From Paraspadella gotoi (taxonomy: Eukaryota; Animalia; Chaetognatha), in assembly GCA_051294375.1 (NCBI GenBank), contig CM119264.1, positions 27,353,340-27,417,339 on the forward strand: a DNA stretch of 64,000 bases, in the 5' to 3' direction. The position numbers and the translations under genes are program-made. Of the stretch, positions 61,613 to 64,000 are shown in pieces (position 1 is the stretch's first letter; every line of letters starts with the position of its first letter). The notes beneath the pieces are model-generated. The model was not told the origin of the DNA. It saw only the letters and a program-made list of their open reading frames with translations, and did not search any database.

Positions 61613-62163
61613 TCAAGATTGAGCACTCCATCTCTCGCTTCCAGATTCATCCCCGAGCGATGGCTGAGGACACAAGGAAAGAGAGAAACGAGATTCAATC
61701 CTTTTATGGTTTTGCCTTTTGGATTCGGACCCCGGATGTGTATTGGAAGAAGATTCGCAGAACAGGAGCTTTATATTGGAATCATTAAGGTAAGACGCTT
61801 GGGTTTAAACTTTAAATCGAAAAAACAACAATATTTATAAACTAAATTTGGTCAGTGAATGTTAAAAAATAATTTATTACTTATACATTCATTAGTTATT
61901 CAATTAATTTATTTACGCACTGATAAATTTGCTAATTTGTTTATTCATTCACGTGTTTATTCTTTTATTTATTAATTCTTTCATATATTTCATCCTTTTT
62001 CTCATTCATTCACTCATTCATTCATTCATCTTATGATTTCCAGATGGTTCACAGCTTTAAAATCGGTTATGAAGGAAACAAACTGCCTCTAGTCACTCCC
62101 GGCCTCGATCGACTTCCAATCAAGCTGGATTTCGTCTTTGAAAAAAGACAAGTGAACAATTGA
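58176..62163 (+). CDS. Mitochondrial-clan cytochrome P450
   Basis: Exons 58176-58477, 58949-59070, 59276-59526, 59886-60112, 60384-60513, 60592-60696, 60821-60910, 61264-61430, 61645-61789 and 62044-62163. Presequence; KPFTCIPGP; YRNEGKIP; WWRLR; RWALES...FDRRLG; ExxR (RESQR); PERW; heme motif PFGFGPRMCIGRRFAEQE. Confidence 0.95.
58696..58825. mobile_element. MITE-like element with perfect 22-bp inverted arms in P450 intron 1
   Basis: AGTTTTTATTGTTTACAAACAA (58696-58717) / TTGTTTGTAAACAATAAAAACT (58804-58825). Confidence 0.6.
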
Positions 62164-62587
62164 TTAATATTAATGTTAAACGTTACTTATATCTATCTTA
62201 ATCTAATCTATCTCGTAACAATCGGTCAAATGACCAACTATTAAAAATTTGAACTAAGAGGTTCCTAACTTCGAATTTTATTGCATCTCTTTGTAAATAC
62301 GTAAAAGCATTTCTAGCATTCAAAATAAATCATCTTGTGGAAACATATTTTTGCCTATGAACTCAGGTAGCAAAGGCGATTGTAAAACCACACTCTTTTT
62401 AACTCCATGGTGTTAAAATATGGTAATTTTACAATTCAGCTTTAGGTATATTGTTTTCTAACCGTTATTAAATGGTGCCTAATAAATAAATAAATAAACA
62501 AAAAAATTTCGTATACACTCAAGTCAGATTATTTAGGCCATCAATGTTATTAAAATATGATAAAAAAATCACAATCATATGTCCCCG

Positions 62588-62665
62588 TTTATGAAATTGG
62601 TACAACCAATATAAAAATTATCCATTCATTTAATAAATAAGCTATCTTGCCCCTGACTTTGGACA
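62588..62665 (+). repeat. Dispersed repeat, second copy of 13304-13381
   Basis: 76 of 78 bases identical by eye. Confidence 0.9.
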
Positions 62666-63026
62666 GGCTTTGGTGGTTTAAGGCCTCCATCACTCTTACA
62701 AGATAATGACATAGCAGGTCCCTGCAAGCTTTCAATCAAGACTCTCTCACAGTCTTATTTAATAGTTGATTTGGATAGAAAAATTTTAAAAAAATATTTA
62801 TTTAGCCGTTAAAAGCCAAAGTGAAATCCAGAAAGGCTGGCGAGAAAATGCTTCTGCTTCTCAACGACGTCGTCGTCGTCGTCGTCGTCGTCGTCATCGT
62901 CATCGTCGTCGTTTTTAAGATCCCAAAGCGGTCATGATGATCAGATCAAGAGAGACAATCTCATGAAGAAGAATCCATGTTTAACTGTTTATACATCTTC
63001 TACAAATCGATGTACATACGTCCGTT

Positions 63027-64000
63027 TCAAAAGAACTGAACCGTTGGGATTTTAGTTCTGATTCTCGGAACCAAATAAGCGTCGAATTTTGCCACTAAAT
63101 CTCGGGCGATTTCTTCGCGTCGCCAGCGAAGGAGTTTAATCTGAAAAAGAAAGAAAGTATGTTTTAATCAATGTACAAATTAGGTTAATGTATTCCATGC
63201 TGTCGTCAGTTGGTAATTTAACTAAAACCGCCACGAGTTTCATTGTTTTAAATTCGTTCTGACATTTAAATATCTAGTCAACTAAAAACGAAATGACAAA
63301 ACCCAAGAAGAAAAAAAAAATCAAGAAAATAACAACAACAACAAATGCAAAAATAAAAAAAACTACAACAACAACAACAACAATGACCCACCTCCAACGG
63401 TTCGACGCTGCTTCCGGCTCCGACGACCTTCGACGCGAAGTCGGTCAAACCCGTCGTCAAGGACGCCTCCTCGTACAAGAGGCTTCGGAGAGGGCGCTCG
63501 AGGGTAGGAAGGGTAAGTTCGGCGGCGGAGGTGAGGACGGCCGAGTTGGAGGTGGGAACGGAACTGGAGAACGTGGGTAGGTAGGTGATTACTTAATATG
63601 ATCTTAAATGAGATTGAATGTGTTGAATATACCCTCCTATAGGTAAGTTAGCGAAATTATATTTTTACCATCTGAAATAGCTCACGAATGGCTAAATTAA
63701 TTCATCGATAAATGCAAAACAGATCCGCAATAATCTTTTAATTTTTTTTATTCAATCATTTTTCTCTGTGCCATAGTCCCGACGAATATTCTAAACAATA
63801 CATTGTATTATAAATACCATAAAGTATTGATCATCCTTGATTAATTTTTCATTTCATTTCATTTCATTTTTAATTTCATTTTTTCAATTTAGCAGAATTT
63901 CCCCCGAAACCTTGCTTAAATGAAATTTTCTAGTTCTTTCTTTCTTCTCCGATGCCATTTTGTTTTTTACCTCAAAGCCACGAATGTTTGTCCGATGATG
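63027..64000 (-). CDS. 3' exons of an unidentified gene continuing beyond the window
   Basis: Phase-consistent exons 63691-63669, 63563-63392 and 63140-63027 (probably also one ending at 63971). Translation: PFVSYFRCSVPTSNSAVLTSAAELTLPTLERPLRSLLYEEASLTTGLTDFASKVVGAGSSVEPLEIKLLRWRREEIARDLVAKFDAYLVPRIRTKIPTVQFF*. Codon usage is GC3-rich like the other genes. Confidence 0.65.

Noticed and set aside
63293-63580. Plus-strand ORF MTHLQRFDAASG... as a separate, vaguely tektin-like gene
   Set aside because: It is better explained as the antisense shadow of a minus-strand exon with proper splice sites, phase continuity and codon bias.

Overview
Eukaryotic, intron-rich animal DNA. It is probably from a bilaterian invertebrate, but the taxon cannot be fixed from the sequence. 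Introns are AT-rich, exons GC-rich, and (CT/GA)n microsatellites are abundant. Most ORF-track entries are exon fragments or microsatellite noise. Manual splicing gives nine genes: tektin-3/5-like (-, runs off the left edge), mitochondrial calcium uniporter MCU (+), a 3-Ig-domain surface protein (-), an unrecognised secreted/membrane-anchored protein with three 8-Cys repeats (+, nearly invisible to the ORF track), Hedgehog acyltransferase-like MBOAT (-), a calmodulin-like EF-hand protein with a Cys-string cassette exon (+), a claudin/PMP22-like protein (-), a mitochondrial-clan cytochrome P450 (+), and the 3' end of an unidentified gene (-). Non-genic features include a ~3.3-kb inverted repeat around a 25-N gap (possibly an assembly artefact), DINE-1/HINE-like elements, tRNA-derived SINE fragments, hairpin MITEs and minisatellites. 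The best novelty candidates are the 3x8-Cys surface protein, the EF-hand cassette exon, the alternative MCU N-termini and the altered P450 I-helix. All gene models and family calls come from reading the sequence by eye; no database searches were run.
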